DNA from: Amoebophrya sp. A120
Lineage: Eukaryota; Protista; Dinoflagellata
NCBI GenBank assembly: GCA_905178155.1
Contig: CAJINV010000007.1
Location: 3,800,265 to 3,864,264 of the forward strand
Direction: 5' to 3'
Length of the DNA: 64,000 nucleotides
Notes under the pieces: model-generated
What the model was told of the DNA's origin: nothing
Database searches by the model: none
Seen by the model: the letters and a program-made list of their open reading frames with translations, nothing else
Program-made: the position numbers and the translations under genes
Shown here: one piece after another, positions 26,971-38,000 of the stretch
How positions within the stretch are numbered: position 1 is the stretch's first letter
Layout of the letters: every line of letters starts with the position of its first letter

Positions 26971-27804
26971 TTAAGGAAGAACTTTGATCATCCGCGCATA
27001 CTTCAAATCAAACAGGAATCCGTGAGGATGGTCCTCGTTCTTCCCTTCCTTCGGTTCCTCGGTCTTGCTCTCGCTCGTCTTCTTCTTGTTCCCCTCTTCG
27101 TTGTTCGCGTTTTCCTCGTCCTCCTTGCTTTCTTCGTCTCCGCTCTCGCGCTCGTCGTCCCCACTGCTTCCGCTGCAGCTCGTGAAACGGGGATCATCGG
27201 GGTGAGCGATCACCGACTCCAACGAGGGGGAGGGCGGCGGGGTCCGGAGTTCCTCGCTTTTCGGTTGGAACTGGCGCCAGGGCCGGAACTCCCGGGGCGG
27301 CGGGCGGTTTTCCTTGCGGCCGGTGCGAGGCGGGCCCCCATGGTATCCCAGGAAACCCATCCGGTAGGTTTCTCCGGGGCGGTTACCGTACGGGTGCCCG
27401 TGGGCATCCCATTCGTCCGCGTCCATGCTGCTCGTTTCGGCCTCCTCGTTCTCCGTTGTTCCGCTCTCCGCCGCGCTCTTCTCCGCCTCCGCCTTAATCC
27501 GGTGGATTTCTTTGCCAACGTTCTCGATGCGCTTCGCCGTCTTCTTGCCGTCGCAGTTCCGGACGTTCGCGCGGAGTTTGCTGCGCTGCTCCTCCAAGGC
27601 GTCCAAGTAGGCGGCGCGGGTTTCTCCGCGGTGCTGTCTGCTGCGGTCCCGAGACTCGCGGCGCAGATGCGTGCCCTTCGGGCGCACCAAGTAGCGGACA
27701 CGCAGGCGGTCGGGGTCTTCTTCGAGCTGTTTCGCGCCGTGGCGCTCAGTGGCTCGCTCCGCTCGCAGGCGTTCCGCACGGGTGCCGGCGCTAAGGCTGT
27801 CCAT
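26971..27804 (-). CDS. Intact ORF1 of the LTR element (277 aa, charged/coiled-coil, no zinc knuckle)
   Basis: GC-rich stop-free ORF from ATG 27804 in the gag position, followed by decayed sequence. Confidence 0.65.
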   Translation of the reverse strand: MDSLSAGTRAERLRAERATERHGAKQLEEDPDRLRVRYLVRPKGTHLRRESRDRSRQHRGETRAAYLDALEEQRSKLRANVRNCDGKKTAKRIENVGKEIHRIKAEAEKSAAESGTTENEEAETSSMDADEWDAHGHPYGNRPGETYRMGFLGYHGGPPRTGRKENRPPPREFRPWRQFQPKSEELRTPPPSPSLESVIAHPDDPRFTSCSGSSGDDERESGDEESKEDEENANNEEGNKKKTSESKTEEPKEGKNEDHPHGFLFDLKYARMIKVLP

Positions 27805-27862
27805 GGTTTTCAAAGCTAAGGCCGAAGGGCTAAACCTTAAAAATGCGAGGAATTTGCTAAAG

Positions 27863-27880
27863 TTGGCGCAAGTTTGGCAG
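27863..27880 (-). promoter_or_regulatory. Atypical primer-binding site CTGCCAAACTTGCGCCAA
   Basis: Abuts the 5' LTR and lacks the TGG expected for tRNA-CCA priming. Complementary to LTR 27982..27994. Confidence 0.6.
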
Positions 27881-28193
27881 TGTTGGAACACACGAAGCCG
27901 CTAAAGGGTTCAAAATGCTAAAGCTTGACACAGCTAGCAAAATCCTAAGAACTCACACGGCAGGGGCTGCGTATGCCTCTAACTGCCAAACCTGGGAAAG
28001 CATAGGAACAGGGTCCAGGGTCTCGATCATCATCATCGTCATCATCATCATGCTAGCGCTAAGCCTAGGGCTGAAGGATCTCGATCACACTGCTAGCGCT
28101 AAGGGTCAAGATCGTAAGCATTTGGATCAGGGTCATGGTGCTAAGCTTAGGCATTTGGATCCGGAGCGGTGCGTAGAGTGCATCTCGTCAACA
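27881..28193 (-). repeat. 5' LTR
   Basis: TG...CA termini with 5-bp inverted repeat, followed by TSD GCTAC. Confidence 0.95.
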
Positions 28194-29021
28194 GCTACAG
28201 ATGCCCTCCAAAATCAATGCGTGTGTATTACGTTCTTCACCACCACAACCTGCACCACTTACGGAAAAAATAACTTACACTATGTATTCCACGCAGAACA
28301 AAAATGTATCACAGAAAAGAAAAACGGCATGCTGCATGAGCTTCCACTTGAGAAGCGCTCGCATCCCTCGTTTGTTTCTTGTATCATTCTACAGTAACAA
28401 TACCAGTTTCAATTCTAGATGATTGTAGTGGAGCAGGAGCTAGTGTATCGGTTATCGTTATTCTCTACCAAGTAAGTACAATACTTCACCGCTCTGGAAA
28501 TCTGGACGTAATCGCGAAAACTACCTTGTAAAAGAAAGAAAGACCCCAATTGTACTGCGCTTGCGCTAAGCACTTCGTCTCAGATCAAGATTGATGCGTC
28601 TCCTGAGATACGTCTGAAGGAGGTACCCTGAAGCGCTATGTCGCTTTCGTCTGATGCTAGTTTTCTTTCTGCTTGTTCGATAGCATTGTACCAGGTTGTG
28701 CTGCAACCTCAAAAATGAAATGCGACCTGCACGACTTGCTTCTTAAGCAAATCATGTGTGTAGCTCCTGAGTTCCGCTACAAACAAACATGTCTTGTCTA
28801 CATGCACCGAGGGTGGAGCGATGTGCATATCTTATCTTCTATGTTAGTTCTCCAAGTAGATGGAGGTGATGGAACAGGCAGCTTGAGCTTGTCTGTCACA
28901 CAGGTGGGAGTGATGTTGTCGCGGCCTCTTTCGCGTTTGAAATCAGGAAGTTTAGAACGAGCGCAATTGATGTTTGGGTTTGCGTTCTTATTACCACCCT
29001 CCAAAACCGCCCGAGACAAAA

Positions 29022-30972
29022 ATGCAGCAACCCTATCATGTAACCGCTTCCGCACCTGACGACAAGATCGATCCTTGGCTGGTGAAGCAGGTTACTGCTG
29101 CGACGAAAAAGCCTTTTGCTTTCTTCGAGAATAACGACGCGCGAAAATTTCGAGAGGACGAGCAGCCCGTCTACACGCTGCTCGACAAGCCCTTCCCGAG
29201 AGACGGGGCAAGCGGAACAAGTACAGTTGGAGCTGCAGAGTTGAAGGGCGGTGGTCCTCGCGAAAAAATTGCCAAAAAGAACAGTACAAGTGCTACCTCG
29301 TCTGTTGTATCTTCCACTGCAGCTGCAGGAACACGAACAACAGCAAGTGTAATCCCCGAGGCGAAATTTGCGTCGTCGAAGATGGACAGCACGTCTTCAA
29401 AGAGCGGCACTGCTGCAGTGAGAGAACCCGTCACCTCGAATAAAGCGAAGTTTCCTCCGAGGGTTGCGCAGACACCTGCCGCAGGTGCTGGTGCGGGTAC
29501 GGCCCCAGGAATGTCAACAGCTTCATCGGGCAGAAGAAAATCGTCGGGGGCCGCTGTTTCGGCGACCATACAACCAGCTGCAGCTGCGCCCTCTGGGTCC
29601 TCTTCCTCGAGATCAAGGACCAGACCACCGGGCGTGCCATCCCTCACAAGCGGCATCAAGAACATCAATGGGTGTAGTGCTTCTGCGAGTGTGAGTGAAA
29701 AACCGAAAGAAATAACGAACGTGGCCAGCTGCGGCAGCAAAAATTCTCTCTCGGCCTCGTCTGGTAGTGCGAAGATGAATCAGCGTGGTTCACGCACGGC
29801 ATCCAGTAAAGGATCCTCAGCGCCACATAAGCAGCCAGATCCCGCTACGACAACCGCGGTTCCGCCTTCCTCGGGCAGGAGTGCAACAGCTGGGAGAAGC
29901 TCTAGCAGTGCTGCGACGTCGCACCGAACTAAAGACGCAACAAGAGGCGAGAGCACAAGTGCGGCTTCCGTTGGAAGTGCCTCTGCCACCAGAAGCCGGG
30001 CAAGCAAAGGGCCACCGAGCTCCTCGTCTCAGCCAGGGAGTTGTGCAAAAAAACCCGATGACAGGCAACAAAGCCGTAATCGGACGGCGAAACTACAAGA
30101 GAAGGAGAATAGTAAAGACGCCAGCGCGGCCAAGAATCCTAACATCGAAAAAAGACCACTTTCTCCGCCGCTGCCAGCACCAGCCGACCCCGCCGAGCCC
30201 GACGACGGCTCCGACCTGGATGAGGCGATTACCAAACTTCGGCTGCAGAACTTTCAAAAGAAGTACATGCTGTTGCAGCAGAAGCGGGCAGAGGAGTTGA
30301 ACGAGACCATCCAGTTAAACGAAAACGTCCGCAGGGCTCAGCAGGAAGCCAGTTTGTTGAAGCAGGAGCGGGTACGGAAAGACAGCGAGATTTGTCAGCT
30401 GCGGCTGCGCCAGGAGATGGTCGAAGCGAAGGCGAGCAAACACAAGGCCGAATTGCTGCGGTTAGCCGAGGCGTACGAACGACTGCAGGCGGAAAAGAAG
30501 AAAGTTCAGGTAAAGTGGAGTGACTGCGTGAAGTTTTTTGTCATGAGCGGCCTTATGAGGTCGCATGCCGCGGCATGGCCTCTTCTTTCTTGAACTGAAT
30601 CTGCGTCTACCTTCAATATTCAATGAAAAAAGCATCTACCGTACTTCTTGCCCCCGAACTTAAGAACATACCCCTCCACCTCCACAGGACTCTCTCCACG
30701 AGCTGGAGCAGCGATCGCAGGAGCGCGACGCGCTGTTGCTTTTCTACCAGGTGCGGGAGCGCGAGTTTACCAGCACCGACGCGGAGAACCTAGAGCTGAA
30801 ACAACAGAACCAAAGACTGAAGGAGCAAATTGTGTTTCTCTCCGGTCTGGTGTTGCAGTCGTCGGACAAAGAAAACAAGCAGGCACAGGAGCTGTATTTC
30901 CGAGGTGACGATTTCAAGTGGCCCGGGGGAATGCAGGAAGAGGAAGTGTCAGGAGAGCAGAAGGATGACTGA
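29022..30972 (+). CDS. Hypothetical protein, Ser-rich disordered N-terminus and C-terminal coiled coil; join(29022..30509,30688..30972)
   Basis: Heptad-like E/K/Q/L-rich C-terminus continues across GT-AG intron 30510..30687 (KKVQ|DSLHELEQ). Confidence 0.75.
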
Positions 30973-32084
30973 AGTTGATGCAGACATGACGTTCTTTTAG
31001 TTTTACTTCTCGGATCCTCGTGGTGGTCGGTGAGCTACTTTCTCTCCCACCGCGGCTACGCAGCAGCTGTCTTGTTTGTGCTTGGGCCTGATCTTTATTT
31101 AGCAACCTCGCAGTCGCATCGAGATATTCGCACTCTAGCCTTAGCCCCTTGACCAGCTTAAGGCTACTACCGATCCAACATAATCATCACCATCTTCTAC
31201 TTCTACCTCGTTTTCGCATTGCTCACTTTGTTGGATGTCTTGGTTGGAGATCGAAAGAGCTGGGGTGAGGCCTTACAACTTTTCGACGACCAGAGGATAA
31301 ATTCCACAAGCTCTTCGTGATGAGTGATGTGCTCGCAGCTGCCCACTCCCTGTTGTACTCTTTCGTCATGAACTTCTCGAGTCTAAAACCAAAACTACAC
31401 TATCGTGGTTCTTTTTCACAACATTGATTGGTTCTTCAAGACTCAACCGTGTTTTTTTGTATGATGCTATCGTGAAGGTACTTTCATCTATGATGTTGAG
31501 CACTGCCTAGAGGCAGTTGCCCTCCCAACTCTTAGTACGAACTATGTAGCTTGTACTAGCTGCTGCGAATTGAGTGGTCGCAGATCCACAAGAAACCGCG
31601 TTTTGCCGATTCAAAATGGTCGATTCTTCAGTCTTCGTTCTGTTCGAGCTCAACGTGCGTTGCTATACTGTTCTTACTCCGTTGCCACGTTTGCAGCGGC
31701 TACACAGTGACGCGAGCGAACCTGCGAGAGGGAGATGAATAAAGCCACCCATCAGGTCGACATCGGCATCCCCGAGGTGTAGGTGGTTAAGTTTGATGAG
31801 CAAGGAGGCTTTGAGAGTTGCTGAGGAGCTGGTCGTGTGGCCGTGTGGGAGATGATGCCGGACTTCAGCTGAGAAGTGTGCACTTTGTGTTGACCACCCA
31901 CCCGTAATGCCATCAACTTCAAATTAGCCGTGGTCTTCTTTGGCGGTTGCGGTTCAGGTTTTTCTTGAAGCAGGTGAATAAATCTTTTTAGCACACTGCA
32001 CAAACGAACGGATTCTCATTGTGATATGGCCAGCACGACCGCACGTGCTCAAACTCAACAAGCGCCGCACCGACCCACGAGAAG

Positions 32085-35000
32085 ATGAGCAGGACCGGCA
32101 TGATGAGACCGCAGCAGAACCACAACCCCGGTGCCGTCGAGCAGCCGACCACTAGCGCACTCGACGTGGTCGCGGTCACCCCCCGCGTGGTGATTTTCCG
32201 CAGCCCCTGGCTGCTCGCAACGCACCGGGAGTGCCACCGAAACAACGTGGACCAACTGAGTCTTTTTTTCGAAGCCTTTGCACAGAAGCACGCCGAAGAG
32301 GATGTGCGGAAAGGAGTTGTAGGGAGAACATCGAGCTCTTGTTGCGGGTCCTCGTCATCCTCGTCCTCTTCAAGCAGTGCTGGTTCGATTTCGAGAACTC
32401 GTACTCGAGATGCTGACCATAATTCGCCCGCCGACTCCGTTGCTCCTGTAAAAGGATCCTACCAAATTTTCGATTTGAACGGAAACGAAAATTTGCGAGA
32501 TTTCTTGCAGTCCAAATTCAACTCACGACTAGTCAGCTTCACCTCGCCGGTTGGAGCTGCGACTAGCTCGTCTTATGCGACGGGACAGCCCTCTGGCACA
32601 ACAAGCAGTGCGGCTGGAGGTGCAGGAGAAGCGGGCAGTCGCAACTCCGCCACACAGCTGCATGACCGAATAGACCTGCAGCAAGAGCAGCTGTCTATAG
32701 CAAGCAGAGCCACTGGCTCCAGCACCACAAGATCTACAGCGAACGGTCCAGGACCGCCGGCGTTGGAGCTTGTGCTCGAGTTCGCGCTGGCCCTGAAGTG
32801 GTGGCTGTCGGTGGACAGGAAAAACGTCGCGTTTGTGCACTTCAAAGACAGCTCCTACTACAACCTCCTCTACCTGCTGGCCATCTCGTTTGCCGCTTCA
32901 ACAGCAACAGGCAGAAGTGAGGGTGGTTCGTTGATGTTACAACCGGAAGGACTGGCTGAGACAAGCAAAGAGAAAGATAGCGATAGTGGATCGGTGGACG
33001 GAAAGTTGAAAAATGCTGTCGAGTTGTGTGGGAGCAGGTCCTCCTCGTCTTCTGATGCTGTATCAGCCTCCACGAGCACGGTCATCTCCGCCCGGGACAA
33101 CTCGTGCCCGCCACCGCCGTTTCGAAGCCCAGAGGTGCTGCAGGGAATCGGTTTGGTGTCCACACCCAACTTCACCCGATCGAACTCTGGGAATAAGCTT
33201 GCGGAATCTACTTCTCGCGCCTCAGCGAACTACGACGGGCGTGGTGTGGCTGGTGACGTACAGGCGAGAAGGGCGTCGAGAATGGCGACTGCGGAGGAAA
33301 GTGCGCATACGCTCTTTCAAGGCGAGGTCGGAAGTGCTTGCGATTCTACTGGTAACAACTTCTGCAAAAAGTTGGTAGTGCCATTAGCCGGACCGTTCGC
33401 ATCATCAAGAGGGGCACAAGCGTCGAACAGTCAGCATCGCGGAGAAGTAGAGAGTGGGAACCTGTGCGCCAGCGCAACATCAAGTAGGGCGGCAGATGAA
33501 GGTGTTGTGCACTTGATGCTGGTTGACATAGCCGCACCTGCTGAAAGGGCATGTTCTTTGGCTGCACCTTTGCGCAAGTACAATCACAGCAGTGGTGCTG
33601 GCAGTGATCGTGCCAAAGTCGCTTTCGGACAAGAACCGCAGTTCCGCTCATGGAAAGAGATTTTGGACACCTTGCTGACGACAGCACCAGGGAAGCAGCA
33701 GGGAACAACTAACGACGAGAAAATTCCAACTTCGAACACATCTGGCATCTCCGCAGTCGCTCCCTTACGAAATTCGTCTTCCGCGAACGTGATCTCTCCG
33801 TCGAAAACAGGACCAACGGGATCGAGCGTTTCCTCGGTCGTAAAGATGCTTCTCTTTTCCTCATCGAGCAGCTCAACGAGCGGTGGTACTACATCAGGCC
33901 CTGGATCTTCTTCTTCATCTAGCAGCAGCTCCATGATGATGCCCGCGTCCTGTGTGCGTTACCTGACCTACGTCCAGGAACTGCTTCGCACCTGGCCTAG
34001 GGAGATGGGTCGGATTTGCGATTTACGACCCGTGCGGGATGAAACTGCTGATGCAGCAAGAAAAGCAGCTGCTGACCAAGAACTTGCACTAGATGCAAGA
34101 AAGCAACCAAGTCTAATCGCTTCGTCCAGCTCGGAAGAAAATCTCCGCGTTGCCGCGGTCGAAGACCCCGGGGGTTCTGATTTGTCCACCTGCGAGCCGT
34201 CTTCGGGCATGGTTTCTTCCGGTGGGTCAACATTTTCCGACACTACTGCTAGCAGGAAGATGAAAGCGAGTGAGGCTTCCAATGGTGTCCGTAATGGCTC
34301 GATTGACGGTGTTGATGTCGGCGGAAAACCTGCTTCACTCGCAGACGCAGAAACGCAAAAGCCGAAGATTCGAACGCGGAAGTACCGGCTCCGGCGCATC
34401 AAGGTCAGCCATCCACCTGCGCCACCGCTGCCCCCACACCAGCACAACTTCGCACCACCATCCGCCGGACCGGTCTACCACGATACCGCAAACAGTCGCC
34501 CTCCACTGGCACTGGGAACTCACCACAGGATGAAGTTAACTTTCAAAATTTTCCATTTCAACCACGAGTTCCCGACTGAGACCGCTTCCGACCTGATTGC
34601 GACTGAACAGCATCACCTGCAACAAACCGCGACGTCCCCGGAGTTGAGCACATCGAGCACTAGCGAGGAGAGTAACACTAACAGCAAGCCGCACCCCTCG
34701 AACAGCAGCAACGCGCCATCGATCGCCTCCACGCACAGCCGGTGGAGCGAGCTCGAGCGGCAGCCGATGTGGCAGCCGAGTGCGCGGCAGAAAGGGCCGA
34801 TACGCGCGACCTGTGCGAGCTTGAGTCGGTCCCCGAACTTGGTAAGGGCGGTGGGGGGCGGCGGGGTGAGTGGTAATGGTCTAGCAACAGCAGAACAGCA
34901 AGACGACACGCTGTCCGCATCGGAGTTGCGCCGGTTGGCGGGCGCGGGCGGGAGCTGCACGCCGAAAACATCAGGGAGCTGCTACGACAGTGCTTCTGCG

Positions 35001-38000
35001 CTTGCCAGCCCAGCACTGTACAACCCATATAGTACAACGAGTACGACATCCCGCACGCACAGTCTCCCCGGGCCGCATAGCATGGCAGGGTCAACGCTTG
35101 CCCCTCCGCCACCTTGTGCTTCCGCGGCAGCAAGCCAAAGGTACCGGAGCACCTCCCGGCCGCCGCAGCTGCCACCGCAAATTGGATCATCGCAGATGAT
35201 GTTGAGTCAGCAAGACGGGCTGTCTGCCTCGGAACTGCGCAGATTACACAGTGAGGCAGCGAAGACCCCGAAGAGCTACGCTGGCGGTGGAGGTGGAGGG
35301 GGCTTTCTTACCAGCGCCAGTCTCGGGCTGAACCTGCAATTGGGCGGAGCTGCTACGGTCAGAACGGCATCCGGGTCGTCAACTTCTCGAACACCAGTGA
35401 AGCAAACGGGGACCGGCGCTAGTGGAACCTCTAGTACTACCAGCACGCTGTCGTTTCTGCAGTCCGCGGTTGCGCACTGTATCCAGAAGACGCCCATCAT
35501 CAATTGCGGGCAAAATAGCAAGGCAAACCAATACGGTGGCTCCGCAAATCTCCGCTCTCCCTCTGCACACTCCGCGATGCTGGAGGAGCAGCACATTTCC
35601 TACACGCAGGCCCGGGACCGCTTCGAACAGATGGCGCAACACAACAAATCGCCGTTCCTGTCGAAAAACCAGGTGTCCATTGTGGAGTACCAAAACCAAT
35701 TCAATTGGAAAACCGGGGGGAAATTCAAAGAAGTGATGACCTTGTTTGACGACGAAAATGATGCACGCGTTGATCATCAACACGGACATTTGTTGAGCTA
35801 CGGCAGCTCCTCCTGCAGCACAACCAGGAACAACGATAGCAGTACAACTGTTTATTGCAAAGCCGTGAGTTACGAGGACTACACCGAGTTTCACTTTGCG
35901 GAGGAAGTTTTATTGGAAGGCAACGTATGCATCACCTGTTACCAACACGTCGACCACACAAGTAGCAACCTGCTTCCGCTCTGGCACTACTTCTTCCACA
36001 CAAACTTCCTTCCGGATCTGGTTGCGAGTTGCGCTCTTGCGGACACCTCAGGGAGGAGCAGCAACGACGATGCTAGTGTCACAAACATGCTCAATCTGGC
36101 GCTCAGGAGAGAAGATGTCGACCACGTGCTTGCGGACAAAAACCACGCCAACAATCTTCACGCTGTCTGCAGCTTCCAAGCGTTGGACCCGGAAGATGAG
36201 GTCGATCCAAAGTGGCTAGCGTCAGCCTCAACGCAACAACATCACTTGCAACTCAGAGATGTGGTGTCATCAAGTGAACAGCAGCAGTCTGCAATAGCCG
36301 GCCGAAGCAACAGCAAGACGTTCACCTCGATTGAAAACGGGGTGCTCCAGATGAAAACGACAGTCGGCGTGATCCAGAATGGCATTGCGAGGGTGGAAGT
36401 CGTTCCTGTGTCCGCGTCCTCGACTTCTTCTACGTCAAACGGAATAAAGAGAAGCACTAGCAGATCTTCGTCCGCGAAAAACAGCCCTGCGACGGAAACG
36501 GCATTGCCCTCGCCGGTCTCCTCGTCGCCCGCACGGGTGCACAAGGGTTCGTCGATGAATACGAGGAGGGAAAACACTATCCATCATCTCCTCTTCCCGA
36601 CAATACCAAATCTGGAAAAAACCCATCTTCTTTTCCGTAAACGACACCACTGTGCACCGAGCATGAAGGAACTCCGGCTGCTGCTTGCGGACAGGGAGTT
36701 GTTTGCCGGTTCGAAGGTGCAACAAGTGCAAAATTTGGAGGCGAAGGAAAAAGCGGAAATTTTGAAGCTGGCGTTGCAGATGTGCAGCAACGATCTGGAA
36801 AAGGCACTGGAGGTTTTGGAAACCGTTTTTTCTCTGAACACAAACCCCTTTGTCAAGAAGCTGGCCGCAAAACGGGAAGTCGCAGCGCAACGTGCAGCGG
36901 CCAGGAAGCTGTTGCGAGAGAAGTTGTCTTCTAGTGGTGGGGCAAAAGTAGAAGCAGAGACCACAACGTCGCCAGGGAGGAGATGCGGGGCTATGCATAG
37001 TCCACACGACAGAACTCATTCTGGTGAAATAACAGGGAGCAGTACAGCTAGAATCGAGGCCGGAAAAACCACCAGTTTGCATAGGACGCGATCCGCGGCG
37101 CCTGTGCCGTCCAGGCTGTCAGAGTCTGAATCAACTAGTCTGGGTGCTCGGCCCTCGCGTTTAGCGGTGACGCCAAATTTGGAAAAGCGAGACGCCGCAG
37201 GTGTGCTGCCAGGGTGTGAAATACGCGAGCAGGAACGGCAGGCCGACAAGAATGACCAGTCCGCCTCCGTTTCGACGAGCAGCACGGTGGAACAAGCGAA
37301 AGCCAAGTTCTTACCCGGCTCTCGCATCCTCGGCGACCGGCCCCCAAGACCACCGCCAGTGGCATCGAAAAGTGTTCTTGGAGCAGCAAGCACCGTCACG
37401 CAGGCGGTCGAGCGGGAGCTGTCTCCTCCGGAACGAGCGACGTTGAGCGGCCCTGCGTCCGCCGTAGTTGCTGTTACGGGAGGTGTTGCTCGTGATCATG
37501 CTGGGCGGGACGACCTCCCCTTTTCAGAAATCACCGCAACTTCACAAACACAAGTGATTGTCGGAACTTCACCTTCCTCGTCCTCGAGAGTCGTGCCGCC
37601 AGAACTAGTGCCACCGGAGGAGGTACGACACGCTGATTGTTAAGATGATGCACAGGCATCAATATCAAAATGCTGTTGGCTATCGCCTGCACCTTTTGCT
37701 TTTGCATGCACGGTCCCATTGTGCATTGTGATTGTGATCCGCTTTCTTGAGTCCTCCGACATTCTCCTTTTATTCCTTGGACTCGTAAACAAAAAAAAAC
37801 CTCAAAACGTCAAGGTCTTATCCTCTTCATCACGCCGCACCCTGGAGCAGCAGCCGCGACCCCAGGGTGCCCTTGGAGGAAGGAGTGCGACAGAGGCTGA
37901 TCTTCTGACGCCGGCACTTTCCTCAAGGCAAGGGTCACCGGTCCACGTCAAGGAGCCTCCAGATAAAGGCGCTTCCGATCCTGTTGTTTCCGGTGCGGGT

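Larger units (their letters stand above)
22665..28193 (-). mobile_element. Copia-like LTR retrotransposon, non-autonomous (decayed pol)
   Basis: Two 313-bp LTRs with TGTTG..CAAC(A/G) ends. 5-bp TSD GCTAC (22660..22664, 28194..28198). PPT AGGAGGGG on the minus strand. Remnant RT then RNase H motifs at the 3' end, i.e. Copia order. Confidence 0.9.

Noticed and set aside
22699-28397. Duplicated + strand ORFs MLKLDTASK... (22699, 27915)
   Set aside because: Incidental frames across the two LTRs. The Ile run comes from an ATC microsatellite.
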